From Jatrophihabitantaceae bacterium (GTDB taxonomy: Bacteria; Actinomycetota; Actinomycetes; Mycobacteriales; Jatrophihabitantaceae): 64,000 bases of DNA. The stretch is from the NCBI GenBank assembly GCA_036502695.1, contig DASXYE010000090.1, positions 353 through 64,352 on the forward strand, read 5' to 3'. Position 1 is the stretch's first letter, and the number at the start of each line of letters is the position of its first letter. Under the pieces are notes generated by a model. It had not been told where the DNA came from. It searched no databases and saw only the letters and a program-made list of their open reading frames with translations. A program made the position numbers and the translations under genes. Positions 1-9,871 of the stretch are shown here, in pieces.

Positions 1-447
1 GAGGTGCTGACCCACGATCCGCTCGGACAGCTCCACCGCCAGCGAGCCGATCTCGCCGCGCAGCTCGCGCACCACCTGGCCGCGTTGGTTGCGCAGCTGC
101 TCCTCACCGCGGGACACGATGCGCGCCGACTCATCCTGGGCCTGCGTGCGCAACTCCTCGACGATGCGCTGCGCCTCGGCCCGCGCGCCCTCACGGATCT
201 GGGCGGCCTCGTTCCGGGCTTCGGCCAACTGCGCCTGGTACTGCTCGAGCGTGCGCTGCGCCTCGGCCTGGGCCGCTTCGGCCCGGGCGATGCCGCCCTC
301 GATCGCGTCCCGGCGCTCGCGGTACACCTGCTCCAGACGCGGCCACACGTAGCGCATCAGCACGAACGCGAGCAGCGCGAAAGCGATCAAGCCGATGATC
401 AGCTCGCCCATCGCCGGGACGAGGACGTTCTCTTCCGCCAGAGGCAT
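1..447 (-). CDS. atpF: F0F1 ATP synthase subunit b, first 149 codons (3' end lies beyond the window start)
   Basis: Minus-strand translation from ATG at 447 gives MPLAEENVLVPAMGELIIGLIAFALLAFVLMRYVWPRLEQVYRERRDAIEGG...: one N-terminal TM helix, then a long charged A/E/R/Q helix. It follows atpE in the atpB-E-F order. It is absent from the ORF track because no stop lies in the window. Confidence 0.85.
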   Translation of the reverse strand, partial: MPLAEENVLVPAMGELIIGLIAFALLAFVLMRYVWPRLEQVYRERRDAIEGGIARAEAAQAEAQRTLEQYQAQLAEARNEAAQIREGARAEAQRIVEELRTQAQDESARIVSRGEEQLRNQRGQVVRELRGEIGSLAVELSERIVGQHL

Positions 448-478
448 CGCAGTACTCCGCACTAGTCAGGGGCTGGGA

Positions 479-706
479 CTACTTGAGAGCGAAGGCGAGG
501 ACCAGGCCGAACAGCGCCAGCGCCTCGATGATGGCGAACCCGACCAGCATCCACGTACGCGTGAAGTTCGCGGACTCGGGCTGGCGAGCGCTCGAGTTGA
601 TATAAGCGGCGAAGATGAGGCCGATACCGACACCCGGGCCGATGGCCGCAAGGCCATAGCCAATGGTGCCGAGCTGCCCGCTGACGCCGGCGGCAAGGAT
701 GCTCAT
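479..706 (-). CDS. atpE: F0F1 ATP synthase subunit c
   Basis: 75 aa two-helix hairpin protein with G-rich helix 1 (GYGLAAIGPGVGIG), an ARQPE loop and an IIEALALFG helix 2. Confidence 0.95.
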   Translation of the reverse strand: MSILAAGVSGQLGTIGYGLAAIGPGVGIGLIFAAYINSSARQPESANFTRTWMLVGFAIIEALALFGLVLAFALK

Positions 707-806
707 TGTCGACTGCTTCCTCTCGGTGTGTTCGCGTGACCGTCACGCGGACCCTTGCGGGGGCTAAGGACCGGACGCCGACATCGCGTCGGCCCGGTTG
801 GGAATC

Positions 807-1616
807 TCAGTGCTCCTCGGCGAGGGCACCCTGTAGATAGCTCGCGGTCAAGACAGTAAAGACGTACGCCTGTAAGACCGCGACAAAGAGCTCGAAGAAC
901 GTCAGGGCCAGCGCCAGGAGGAACGACGGGATGCTGAAGATCTTCGAGAAGTTGTGCACGCTGAGCAGGTAGGTCGTGCCGAGCGTGAAGACGAGCAGCA
1001 GGAGGTGGCCGGCGAACATGTTGGCGAAAAGACGAACGGCCAGCGTGACCGGCCGCACGATCAGGGTCGAGATGAACTCGATCGGCGTGAGCAGGATGTA
1101 CATAGGCTTCGGGACACCTGGCATGAACAGGATGTCGCCGAAGTACTTCTTCGCGCCGTGCTTCTTGACGCCGACCCAGTTGAACAGCAGCCACGAGATG
1201 ATCGCGAGGAACGCCGGGTAAGCGATGTGCGCGTTCGGCGAGATCTGCGCGACCGGGATGATGCCGAAAACGTTCGTGACCAGGATAAACATGAACAACG
1301 TCGCCAGATACGGCGCGTACCGCACGCCCTCGTGACCGATCATGTCCTCGGCGATGTTGTTGCGCACCAGGCCGTACAGCGACTCGGCCATCCATTGCCC
1401 GCGGCCGGGCACGATCTTCGGCTTGCGGACCGCAGCCAGGAACAGCACGATCAGCAGCGCGACGGCGATCCACACCAGGATCGTGATCTTGGTGATCTGG
1501 AAGTGGACGTTGAACCATTCCCACTTCACGAACGGCTTGTAGAGAAAGGACTCCGTTCCCGGCGCGCAAAAGCCATTGTCGCCCTTGCATGGCGGGTCGG
1601 CCATTACCACGGTCAC
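807..1616 (-). CDS. atpB: F0F1 ATP synthase subunit a
   Basis: 269 aa polytopic membrane protein with the subunit-a motif VRLFANMFAGH. An alternative ATG start lies at 1604. Confidence 0.93.
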   Translation of the reverse strand: MTVVMADPPCKGDNGFCAPGTESFLYKPFVKWEWFNVHFQITKITILVWIAVALLIVLFLAAVRKPKIVPGRGQWMAESLYGLVRNNIAEDMIGHEGVRYAPYLATLFMFILVTNVFGIIPVAQISPNAHIAYPAFLAIISWLLFNWVGVKKHGAKKYFGDILFMPGVPKPMYILLTPIEFISTLIVRPVTLAVRLFANMFAGHLLLLVFTLGTTYLLSVHNFSKIFSIPSFLLALALTFFELFVAVLQAYVFTVLTASYLQGALAEEH

Positions 1617-1680
1617 CCGTCGTCCCCTTCGTCAGTGCGAGCCGGCCGGCACAGGTTGTCCGACGGCTCGATCGCCGATT

Positions 1681-1884
1681 TCAGTTGCCGTACTTGCGGA
1701 TGATCAGGTAGATCGCACCGGCGAAGCCGACCAACATCCCGACCACGATGCCCACCCAGGTGTGCAGCCAGAGGTCGATCAACCAGCCGATACCGCCCCA
1801 CACCACAATTCCGGCGAGGAGCGTACTGAGGACGGCCCATCCAACGCCGGCGTCTCCAGGACGTGGCTCGGGTCCCTCAGGCAT
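1681..1884 (-). CDS. AtpZ/AtpI-family small membrane protein preceding the atp operon
   Basis: 67 aa with two TM helices and a basic C-terminus (IIRKYGN). It lies immediately upstream of atpB. Confidence 0.75.
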   Translation of the reverse strand: MPEGPEPRPGDAGVGWAVLSTLLAGIVVWGGIGWLIDLWLHTWVGIVVGMLVGFAGAIYLIIRKYGN

Positions 1885-1943
1885 CGCACCTAGAGATTAG
1901 CAGTCACAGAACGGTGCGCTTGACATCGGCCCGCCCGAGGCGT

Positions 1944-2327
1944 CTACTGCGCGCCCGCTTCGCGCACCGTGGCCGCCAGTTGCACGCCCAGCCACACGAG
2001 GACAGCAGCCAACGTCGCGCCGGCCACGGGCAGCCGGCGCAGCAGCCCGTGGTCGCCCACCGCGTCGATCAGCAGGGCCAGCAGGCCGAGCGCGGTGAGG
2101 TAGACGGTCAGCGCCACCGGCAACGTCAGGTGCACCGACACGCGCTCGGCGGCCAGCACCGCCGCCGCACTGGCCGTGAAGAACGCGATGACGATCGCGA
2201 AGCCGCAGGCCATGGACGCGACCCCCGACCAGCCGGTGACGCCCGCCCCGATCGCCGTGGCGACGAGCCCCAGGCCGGCGTCGACGGCGAGCGCGTACTG
2301 GACCGGGCGGGGCAGGAGGGCACTCAC
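1944..2327 (-). CDS. hypothetical integral membrane protein
   Basis: C-terminal 127 codons of ORF 1944..3458, with about four hydrophobic helices. The GTG start at 2327 overlaps the wecA stop as GTGA. It occupies the same position as the small membrane protein between rfe and atpB in mycobacteria. Confidence 0.65.
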   Translation of the reverse strand: MSALLPRPVQYALAVDAGLGLVATAIGAGVTGWSGVASMACGFAIVIAFFTASAAAVLAAERVSVHLTLPVALTVYLTALGLLALLIDAVGDHGLLRRLPVAGATLAAVLVWLGVQLAATVREAGAQ

Positions 2328-3550
2328 GGATGCCCGGTGCCGACCGGGTCGCGCGGCGGCTCGGGCGTCGGTGCCACGGCCGGTGCGCGCGGCGGCTGCG
2401 GGCGGCCTCCGGCCGAGTGGCGCCCGGCCGCGTGCCGGCCCTTGGCGCGGCGCAGCCGGGGGACCACCGACATCAGCAGGCCGAACGCGGCCAGCACCCC
2501 GAGTATCGCGATGACCAGCCCGGGTCCGCGCATCAGCGACAGCGTCACGCCGCCGAAGGCCAGCAGCGCCGACCAGAAGTAGAGCAGCAGCACGGCCCGG
2601 CGATGGGTGTGGCCGATCTCGAGCATCCGGTGGTGCAGGTGTTCCTTGTCCGGGGCGAACGGCGACTGCCCGCGGCGCACCCGGCGCACGATGGCCAGCA
2701 ACAGGTCGACGAACGGGATCGCCAGCACCGCGATCGGCAGGAACGGCAGCAACAGCGGCAGCGAGCCGAACAGGCGGCCGAACGACTGGGGGTCGGCGCT
2801 GGTGGTCGCCGTCGTGGCGGCCGCGGACAGCACCAGGCCGACGAGCATCGAGCCCGAATCGCCCATGAAGATCCGGGCCGGTGAGAAGTTGTGCGGCAGG
2901 AAGCCGATGCAGGTGCCGGCAAGCGCGGCGGTCAACAGGGTGGGCGTGTTCGCCACGCCGATGTAGTTGTTCGACACCAGGTGGTAGGCGTAGACGAAGA
3001 ACGCCAGCGCGCCGATCGCGGTCACCCCGGCGGCCAGGCCGTCCAACCCGTCGATGAAGTTCAGCGCGTTGATGGTCAGGACGGTCAGCAAGATGGTGAT
3101 CGGCACGCCCATGTCGGTGCCGAGCGACAGGGTGCCGGTGTGCCCGATCGGCAGGTAGATCGTGGTCATCTGCACGCCGCCCTTGGTCACCATGACGCCG
3201 GTGGCCACGACCTGACCGGCCAGCTTGGTGATCGAGTCGAGCTCGTACTTGTCGTCCAGGACGCCCAGCGCGCAGATCATGGCGCCCGAGACGAGCACCC
3301 AGTCGATGTCCCAGCTGCCGAACGTCGCGCGCAGGGTGGGCAGCTTGTGGGCTACGAATATCGCCATCGCGAACCCGGCGTACAGCGCCAGACCGCCCAT
3401 CCGGGGCGTCGCGACGGCGTGCACGTCGCGATCGCGGGGCTTGGCCACCGCGCCCCACCAGATCGCGATGCGACGCGCCGCCGGGGTCAGCAGGTAGCTG
3501 CCGGCGGCGGCGATGCAGCCGATCAGCGCGTACTCGAGACTGGGATGCAC
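2324..3550 (-). CDS. wecA: undecaprenyl-phosphate GlcNAc-1-phosphate transferase (glycosyltransferase family 4, MraY/WecA type)
   Basis: Polytopic protein with the motifs VLDDKYELD, NFIDGLDGLAAG and IFMGDSGS. GTG start at 3550 (VHPSLEYALIG...). The upstream part of ORF 2324..4066 is a GC-frame artefact. Confidence 0.9.
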   Translation of the reverse strand: MHPSLEYALIGCIAAAGSYLLTPAARRIAIWWGAVAKPRDRDVHAVATPRMGGLALYAGFAMAIFVAHKLPTLRATFGSWDIDWVLVSGAMICALGVLDDKYELDSITKLAGQVVATGVMVTKGGVQMTTIYLPIGHTGTLSLGTDMGVPITILLTVLTINALNFIDGLDGLAAGVTAIGALAFFVYAYHLVSNNYIGVANTPTLLTAALAGTCIGFLPHNFSPARIFMGDSGSMLVGLVLSAAATTATTSADPQSFGRLFGSLPLLLPFLPIAVLAIPFVDLLLAIVRRVRRGQSPFAPDKEHLHHRMLEIGHTHRRAVLLLYFWSALLAFGGVTLSLMRGPGLVIAILGVLAAFGLLMSVVPRLRRAKGRHAAGRHSAGGRPQPPRAPAVAPTPEPPRDPVGTGHP

Positions 3551-3636
3551 TGGAGCAGAGGTTATCCGACCCTGATCAGAAGTTGTCCGCGCGTCGCGAC
3601 GCCTGAGCGCGGCCAAGCGCGGACAACCGGCAAAGA

Positions 3637-4278
3637 TCAGGCGACCGTCGAGGGCACCACTCGGCGCAGGTCGTCCACGGTGATGGCACCCGCGCGCAGG
3701 ACTCGAGGGGTTTCGGTGGTGACGTCCACGATGGTCGAGGCGACCCCGACCGCGGCCGGGCCGCCGTCCAGGTACACCTGCACGCTGTCGCCCAGCTGTT
3801 CCTGGGCCTGCTCGGCGGTGAGCGCCGCCGGCTGCCCGGACCGGTTCGCGCTGGACACCGCCATCGGGCCGGTGCGCTCGAGCAGTTCCAGGGCCACCGG
3901 GTGCAGCGGCATCCGCACCGCCACCGTGCCCCGGGAGTCGCCGAGATCCCAGGCCAGCGACGGCGCGTGCTCGACCACCAGGGTCAGCCCGCCCGGCCAG
4001 AACGCCTCGATCAGCGAGCGCATCTGGGCCGGCACGTAGCTGACCAGGCCCTCGATGGTGTCCCACGAGCCGACCAGCACGGGTACCGGCATGTCCCGGC
4101 CGCGCCCTTTGGCGGCCAGCAGGTCGGCGACGGCGGTCGCGTCGAACGCGTCGGCGCCGATGCCGTAGACGGTGTCGGTGGGCAGCACGACGAGCTGGCC
4201 GGACTGAACGGCCCGGGCCGCCGTGTCGATCGCATCGTCGCGGATGTCGCGATCGGCGCAGTCGTACAACAAGGTCAC
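3637..4278 (-). CDS. tsaC: L-threonylcarbamoyladenylate synthase (YrdC/Sua5/TsaC family)
   Basis: Contains PTDTVYGIGADAF and MAVSSANRSGQP motifs. GTG at 4278 gives VTLLYDCAD..., which matches the N-terminus typical of mycobacterial orthologues. The longer start at 4338 would overlap prmC by 56 nt. Confidence 0.9.
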   Translation of the reverse strand: MTLLYDCADRDIRDDAIDTAARAVQSGQLVVLPTDTVYGIGADAFDATAVADLLAAKGRGRDMPVPVLVGSWDTIEGLVSYVPAQMRSLIEAFWPGGLTLVVEHAPSLAWDLGDSRGTVAVRMPLHPVALELLERTGPMAVSSANRSGQPAALTAEQAQEQLGDSVQVYLDGGPAAVGVASTIVDVTTETPRVLRAGAITVDDLRRVVPSTVA

Positions 4279-4282
4279 GGGG

Positions 4283-5110
4283 TTATCGTGCCCCAGCGCG
4301 GACGGCGGTGGCGTACCGGGGACGCCCGGCGAGGTCACGGTGGGCGGTCACGTCCTGCCAACCGCCGGCCGCGCGCAGCAGCTCGGGTACCGCCTCGCCG
4401 TGCGACTCGTCGTGCTCGACGGCGAGCACTCCCCCGGCGCGCAGCAGGTCCGCGGCCCGGGCGAGCACCGCCGGGATCACGGCCAGCCCGTCCGGTCCGG
4501 CGAACACCGCCTCGGCCGGGTCGGCGCGCACCTCTTGCTCGACGGCCGTGCCGGACGGGACGTACGGCGGGTTGCTCACCACGGCGTCGACGCTGCCACG
4601 CAGGTCGGCCAGCAACGTCGGGTCGGCGACGTCGCCCTCGACGACGGTGACCCCGGCGGGCTCGGCGTTGCGCCGCAGCCAGGGCAGGGCATCCGCCGAG
4701 CGCTCGACGGCGTACACGCGCGTGCCCGGACGCTCGGTGGCGATCGCCACGGCGAGGGCGCCCGATCCGGCGCACAGATCGACGACCGTCGCGTCCGAGC
4801 CCAGGGACGGCACGGCGTCGACGAGCAGCTCCGTTTCCGGACGCGGGATGAATACCCCCGGTCCGACGTCCAGGTCGACGTAGCGGAACGGCGCGCTGCC
4901 CATGAGGTATTGCAGCGGCTCGCGGTTCGCCCGCCGCTCGATCAGCCGCTCGAACTCCGTCAGCGCAGCCGGTACGTCGACGTCCACAGTGGACAGTCGC
5001 GACCATGTGACGCCGAGGCAGTGCGCCAGCAGCAGCTCGGCGTCCACCCGGGGCGACGCGACGCCGGCCGCCCGTAGCCGAGCCGCGGCGTCGTCGAGCA
5101 CAGACCTCAC
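4283..5110 (-). CDS. prmC: peptide chain release factor N5-glutamine methyltransferase
   Basis: SAM-binding motif [13 protein letters not shown] and catalytic NPPY. The GTG start at 5110 overlaps the prfA stop (GTGA). Confidence 0.92.
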   Translation of the reverse strand: MRSVLDDAAARLRAAGVASPRVDAELLLAHCLGVTWSRLSTVDVDVPAALTEFERLIERRANREPLQYLMGSAPFRYVDLDVGPGVFIPRPETELLVDAVPSLGSDATVVDLCAGSGALAVAIATERPGTRVYAVERSADALPWLRRNAEPAGVTVVEGDVADPTLLADLRGSVDAVVSNPPYVPSGTAVEQEVRADPAEAVFAGPDGLAVIPAVLARAADLLRAGGVLAVEHDESHGEAVPELLRAAGGWQDVTAHRDLAGRPRYATAVRAGAR

Positions 5111-6171
5111 GTTCCGGCCAGCATCGCCTCGACGTCTGCTCGGGCCAGCGCGTCGATCACGTCGTCGAGCGCGCCGTCCATCACCTGATCGAGGTTGTAC
5201 GCCTTGAAGCCGACCCGGTGGTCGCTGATGCGGTTCTCCGGGAAGTTGTAGGTGCGGACGCGCTCGGAGCGGTCGACGGTGCGCACCTGCGAGCGGCGCG
5301 CGTCGGCGGCGGCCGCGGCGGCTTGTTCCTGCGCGGCGGCCAGCAGTCGAGCCCGCAGCACGCGCATGCCGGCTTCCCGGTTCTGCAGCTGGCTCTTCTC
5401 GTTCTGCATCGACACGACCGTACCGGTGGGTATGTGCGTGATCCGCACCGCCGAGTCGGTGGTGTTGACGCTCTGCCCACCCGGCCCGGACGAGCGGAAC
5501 ACGTCGATGCGCAGGTCGTTCGGATCGATCTCGATGTCGACGTCCTCGGCCTCGGGCAGCGCGTGCACCCCGGCGGCCGACGTGTGGATGCGGCCCTGCG
5601 ACTCGGTGACCGGCACGCGTTGCACGCGGTGCACGCCGCCCTCGTACTTCAGCCGGCTCCACACCGGGTCGTCCGCCTTGCGCGACCGGACGGCGATGGT
5701 GGCCGACTTGACGCCGCCGAGGTCGGTGAGCTCCGCACCCAGGGTGTCGGTGGCCCAGCCGCGCCGCTCGGCGTAGCGCCGGTACATGCGCAGCAGGTCC
5801 CCGGCGAACAGCGCCGACTCGTCGCCACCCTCGCCGGCCTTGATCTCGAGGATGACGTCCTTGCTGTCGTTGGGGTCCTTGGGCAGCAGCAGTTCTTGCA
5901 GGCGCTGTTCGAGCTCGGCGATGTGCGCGCTGGCCTGGTCGGCCTCGGCAGCGAAGGCCGGGTCCTCGGCGGCCAGTTCGCGGGCCGCGTCCAGATCGGC
6001 GTGGGCCGCGTCGAGCTGGGTCGCCGCTGCTCTGATCGGGGCCAGCTCGGCGAAACGCCGGCCCAGGTTGCGGGCCTTGGCCTGGTCGGAGTGCACAGCC
6101 GGGTCGGACAGCGCCTTCTCGACGTCCGCGTACTCAGCCAGCAGCTCGGGCAACCTGCCGCCCTCAGTCAT
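5107..6171 (-). CDS. prfA: peptide chain release factor 1
   Basis: GGQ motif ([19 protein letters not shown]) and PVT tripeptide region. ATG at 6171 is preceded by GGAGAGG. Confidence 0.95.
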   Translation of the reverse strand: MTEGGRLPELLAEYADVEKALSDPAVHSDQAKARNLGRRFAELAPIRAAATQLDAAHADLDAARELAAEDPAFAAEADQASAHIAELEQRLQELLLPKDPNDSKDVILEIKAGEGGDESALFAGDLLRMYRRYAERRGWATDTLGAELTDLGGVKSATIAVRSRKADDPVWSRLKYEGGVHRVQRVPVTESQGRIHTSAAGVHALPEAEDVDIEIDPNDLRIDVFRSSGPGGQSVNTTDSAVRITHIPTGTVVSMQNEKSQLQNREAGMRVLRARLLAAAQEQAAAAAADARRSQVRTVDRSERVRTYNFPENRISDHRVGFKAYNLDQVMDGALDDVIDALARADVEAMLAGT

Positions 6172-6249
6172 GACCTCTCCCTCGCGGTTGTGCAACTCTC
6201 GCACCGCCTGACGGGGGCCACGGTTGCACGATCTGGCAGAACAACAGAT

Positions 6250-6293
6250 GACGGCGCCCGCCGTCCCCAGAGATGGGGACGGCGGGCGCCGTC
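6250..6293 (-). terminator. intrinsic terminator hairpin after rpmE
   Basis: 20-bp perfect stem GACGGCGCCCGCCGTCCCCA / TGGGGACGGCGGGCGCCGTC with a 4-nt loop. It starts 8 nt after the rpmE stop and is followed on the mRNA by AUCUGUUGUUCU. Confidence 0.75.
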
Positions 6294-6300
6294 TGGATAG

Positions 6301-6528
6301 CTAGGAGTTCGAGGTAGGGCGCTGGCGCTTGCCGTAGCGCTTCTCGAACTTGTCGACCCGGCCGCCGACGTCGAGGATCTTCTGCTTGCCCGTGTAGAAC
6401 GGGTGGCAGGCCGAGCACACGTCGGCGTGCAGCTGACCTGACTTGGCCGTGCTGCGGGTGGTGAACGTGTTGCCGCAGGAACAGGTCACCTGCGTCACCA
6501 CGTACTCGGGGTGGATTCCGGTCTTCAC
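6301..6528 (-). CDS. rpmE: 50S ribosomal protein L31 (zinc-binding type A)
   Basis: MKTGIHPEY... with the cysteine pairs CSCG and [10 protein letters not shown]. Confidence 0.97.
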   Translation of the reverse strand: MKTGIHPEYVVTQVTCSCGNTFTTRSTAKSGQLHADVCSACHPFYTGKQKILDVGGRVDKFEKRYGKRQRPTSNS

Positions 6529-6674
6529 GTCTGGGTCCCTTCAACGGTGGCCCCGGGTCCCCAGATGGGGTGAACCGGTGCCGGGTAGGTGACGTCCAGT
6601 GTGCCAGGGCCTAACCCGGCATACCAAAACGTGGGTGGAACGCGTGCGGACCGGGAACCATTCCCGGTTCACTC

Positions 6675-6722
6675 CGGTTTTGGTCACCAGTCGTCATATC
6701 CGCCGACTGGTGACCAAAACCG
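6675..6722 (-). terminator. 19-bp perfect hairpin downstream of the sugar ABC ATPase gene
   Basis: CGGTTTTGGTCACCAGTCG, a 10-nt loop, then CGACTGGTGACCAAAACCG, 14 nt after the stop at 6736. A second hairpin (ACCGGGAA..TTCCCGGT, about 6650-6668) follows on the mRNA. Confidence 0.5.
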
Positions 6723-6735
6723 CGCCAGGGTCGCG

Positions 6736-7998
6736 CTAGACGGCGACCTTGTCGTCGCCGATCGGCTTGCTCTGCTGCAGCTGGCGCAGCCGCTCGGCCT
6801 CGTTCTCCTCGGCGATCTGCTGGGCGGCCGCCTCGTCGCGGGTCAGGTTCTCGCCGGTCTTCGGATCGAAGACGTGCATCGCCGACGTGTCGATCCACAA
6901 CTCCGACGTCTCGCCGGGGCGGATCTTGCTCTTGCTGTCGATGCTCGCGACGAGCTGGGTGCGCATGGCCTCGCCGTCCAGCTCACGGTCGAGCTCGTCG
7001 AGGGCGGCCTGCACCTCCGGGTGCGGCTCGAACGGGACGTAGGCGTACTTCTCGTTGCCGAGCCACTCGGTGACGTCGATCGGGGCCTGGAACGTCGCGC
7101 CCGAGGCCCGCCGCGACTCGTCGAGCATCGACGCGTCCTCGAACGCCTCCGGGCGCACCCCCACGATCACCAGCTCGCCGTCGGTGAGCCGCGAGGCGAT
7201 GGTCGGCGGGACGTCCACCTCGACGAACGGCATCTGCAGCTTGCCCTCGTGCACGGTCGCGGGCAGGAAGTTCATCGGCGGCGATCCGATGAAGCCGGCG
7301 ACGAACAGGTTGACCGGCTGCTCGTACAGCTCGCGCGGGCTGGCCACCTGCTGCAGCACGCCGCGGCGCAGCAACGCCACGCGGTCGCCGAGGGTCATCG
7401 CCTCGGTCTGGTCGTGCGTGACGTACACGGTGGTGATGCCGAGACGGCGCTGCAACCGGGCGATCTCGGTGCGCATCTGCCCGCGCAGCTTGGCGTCCAG
7501 GTTGGACAGCGGCTCGTCGAACAGGAACGCATCGGCCTGCCGGATGATCGCGCGGCCCATCGCCACGCGCTGGCGCTGCCCGCCGGACAGGTTGGCCGGC
7601 TTGCGCTGCAGGTGTTCCTTCAGTTCGAGGACGTCAGCGACCTCGTTCACCAGGCGGGTGATGTCGGCGTTGTTGTGCCGGTTCTTGTGCAGGCGCAGCG
7701 GGAACGCGATGTTCTCGAAGACGGTCAGGTGCGGGTAGAGGGCGTAGTTCTGGAACACCATCGACAGGTTGCGATCGCGCGGCGCCTTCTCGTTCACCCG
7801 CTCGCCGCCGATCAGCAGGTCGCCGCTGCTGATGTCCTCGAGGCCGACGATCATGCGCAGGAGCGTGGACTTGCCGCTGCCCGACGGGCCGACCAGGATC
7901 AGGAACTCGCCGTCGCCCACGTCGATGTTGACATCGGTGACCGCCTTGAAGCCGTCGCCGTAGACCTTGGTGATGTGCTTGAGCTCGATCGTTGACAT
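6736..7998 (-). CDS. sugC: sugar ABC transporter ATP-binding protein (SugC/MsiK/MalK type)
   Basis: Walker A GPSGSGKST, signature LSGGQRQRV, Walker B FLFDEPLS and a C-terminal regulatory domain. The layout and many blocks resemble mycobacterial SugC (GERVNEKAP.DR..MVFQ.YALYPH). Confidence 0.85.
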   Translation of the reverse strand: MSTIELKHITKVYGDGFKAVTDVNIDVGDGEFLILVGPSGSGKSTLLRMIVGLEDISSGDLLIGGERVNEKAPRDRNLSMVFQNYALYPHLTVFENIAFPLRLHKNRHNNADITRLVNEVADVLELKEHLQRKPANLSGGQRQRVAMGRAIIRQADAFLFDEPLSNLDAKLRGQMRTEIARLQRRLGITTVYVTHDQTEAMTLGDRVALLRRGVLQQVASPRELYEQPVNLFVAGFIGSPPMNFLPATVHEGKLQMPFVEVDVPPTIASRLTDGELVIVGVRPEAFEDASMLDESRRASGATFQAPIDVTEWLGNEKYAYVPFEPHPEVQAALDELDRELDGEAMRTQLVASIDSKSKIRPGETSELWIDTSAMHVFDPKTGENLTRDEAAAQQIAEENEAERLRQLQQSKPIGDDKVAV

Positions 7999-8001
7999 GG
8001 C

Positions 8002-8889
8002 CTATCCCTTCACCGCGCCGGCGGTCAGCCCGGCGACGATCCGCTTCTGGAAGAACAGCACGAGCACCACAACTGGGATGGTGACGATTACCGCGGCCGC
8101 CGCCACGTAGCCCGTCGGCGGAATGAACTGCGACGGTCCCTGGAAGAAGCCCAAGACCGCCGGCACGGTCTGCGAGCCGGTGAAGTGCGGCGCGGTGGAA
8201 CCGGTGGTCGACGACAGCGAGATGGCGTAGACGAAGTCGTTCCAGGCGGTGAAGAACGAGATGATCGCGACGGTGAACACACCCGGTGCCGCGAGCGGGA
8301 ACACCACCTTGCGGAACGCCTGCCAGCTCGTCGCGCCGTCGACCTGGGCCGCCTGCTCCATCTCCCACGGAATCTGCCGGAAGAACGCGGTGAGCGTCCA
8401 GATCGAGATCGGCAAGGTCAGCGACAGGTACGGGATGATCAAGCCGAGCGTGGTGTTGTACAGCCCGATGCTGCGCCACAGGTTGAACAGTGGCGTCACG
8501 ATGCTGATGACCGGGAAGAACGCCGTCAGCAGCGCGGTGTTGAGGACCAGCCGCTTACCCGGAAAGTCCAGTCGGGCAATGCCGTACGCCGCGAACGTCG
8601 ACAACGCCACGCCGACAACCGTCGCGACCAGGCAGATGAAGATGGAATTCACCAGGGCCGGTTTGAACAGCTTCCCGCCCGCGCCGGTCAGGATGTAGCG
8701 GTAGTTGTCCCAGCTCCAGGCCTTCTTGTTCATGGACAGGTACGCGCGGTCGGTTATCGAGCCGTTCGACTTCAGCGACAGCGACAGGATCCAGCCGATC
8801 GGCAACAGGGTGTACAGGATGATCGGCACGGACGCGACGCCCAGCCAGATCTTGGACCTGGGCGAGAGCTCAGCGGCCACGTCAGTCAC
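8002..8889 (-). CDS. sugB: sugar ABC transporter permease (SugB-like)
   Basis: 295 aa, six TM helices, with the EAA-type loop EQAAQVDGATSWQAFRKVVFPLAAPG. Confidence 0.85.
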   Translation of the reverse strand: MTDVAAELSPRSKIWLGVASVPIILYTLLPIGWILSLSLKSNGSITDRAYLSMNKKAWSWDNYRYILTGAGGKLFKPALVNSIFICLVATVVGVALSTFAAYGIARLDFPGKRLVLNTALLTAFFPVISIVTPLFNLWRSIGLYNTTLGLIIPYLSLTLPISIWTLTAFFRQIPWEMEQAAQVDGATSWQAFRKVVFPLAAPGVFTVAIISFFTAWNDFVYAISLSSTTGSTAPHFTGSQTVPAVLGFFQGPSQFIPPTGYVAAAAVIVTIPVVVLVLFFQKRIVAGLTAGAVKG

Positions 8890-9871
8890 CCCTCACGCGC
8901 GACAGGTCGGTTCGGAATACCTTGACGAATATCGTCGTAATGATGATCACGCACACGAAGAGCAGGACCGAGATTGCCGAGCCCAGACCGACCTGACTTC
9001 GGGTGATGGTCTGGTTGTAGGCCAGCACACCGACCGAGGTCGTGTCCTGTGACCCCTGGGTCATGATGAAGATGTTGTCGAAAATGCGGAACGCGTCCAA
9101 TGCGCGGAACAGCACGGCCACCATGATTGCCGCCTTCATCGCTGGCAGGGTGACCTTGCGCAACCGTTCCCAGAACGTGGCCCCGTCGACCTGAGCTGCT
9201 TCCTGCATCTCGCCGGGCACCTGCGCGAGGCCGGCGAGCAACAGCAGGGACATGAACGGCGTGGTCTTCCACACCTCGGACACCATGATGGCGATCAGGG
9301 CCGACCAGTGGTGGCCGAACCAGTCGTAGTCGGCGTTGAAGTTCCACCACCCGAACGGCACCCAGCTGGAGACCTCGTGCAGCCACCGGCTCAGGTAGCC
9401 GGTGTTGGGCGCGAACGCGTACTGCCAGCCGTAGGCCGACACGACGGTGATGATCGAGTACGGGATCAGCACGATGGTGCGCAGCGTCCGCCGCGGGATG
9501 ACGATCTTGTTCATCACCATGGCCAGGGCCATACCGAGCACGAACTCGACGGCCACCGTGATCAGCATGACCAGCGTGCTGACCAGCACCGCGTGCCACC
9601 ACAGCGTGTCGCTCAGGATGGTGCCGTAGTTGCGCAGCCCGAGGAAGGATCGCCCGTGCGGGTCGGTGATGCGGTAGTTGAACAGCGAGAGGTAGATCGA
9701 GTAGCCGATGGGGTAGGCCACCACGATCAGCATCACGACGAACGCCGGAGCCGCCAGCCGCCAGCCCAGGTTGCGGTCTTGCCGGGCCCGGTCGGACAGG
9801 GCCGGCTTCTTGCGACGGCTGTGCCGCGCCGGCACCGTCGGCGTCGGCGTCGTTTCGACGGTGGCAGTCAC
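8882..9871 (-). CDS. sugA: sugar ABC transporter permease (SugA-like)
   Basis: The GTG start at 9871 overlaps the upstream stop (GTGA). EAA loop QEAAQVDGATFWERLRKVTLPAMK. Confidence 0.85.
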   Translation of the reverse strand: MTATVETTPTPTVPARHSRRKKPALSDRARQDRNLGWRLAAPAFVVMLIVVAYPIGYSIYLSLFNYRITDPHGRSFLGLRNYGTILSDTLWWHAVLVSTLVMLITVAVEFVLGMALAMVMNKIVIPRRTLRTIVLIPYSIITVVSAYGWQYAFAPNTGYLSRWLHEVSSWVPFGWWNFNADYDWFGHHWSALIAIMVSEVWKTTPFMSLLLLAGLAQVPGEMQEAAQVDGATFWERLRKVTLPAMKAAIMVAVLFRALDAFRIFDNIFIMTQGSQDTTSVGVLAYNQTITRSQVGLGSAISVLLFVCVIIITTIFVKVFRTDLSRVRGD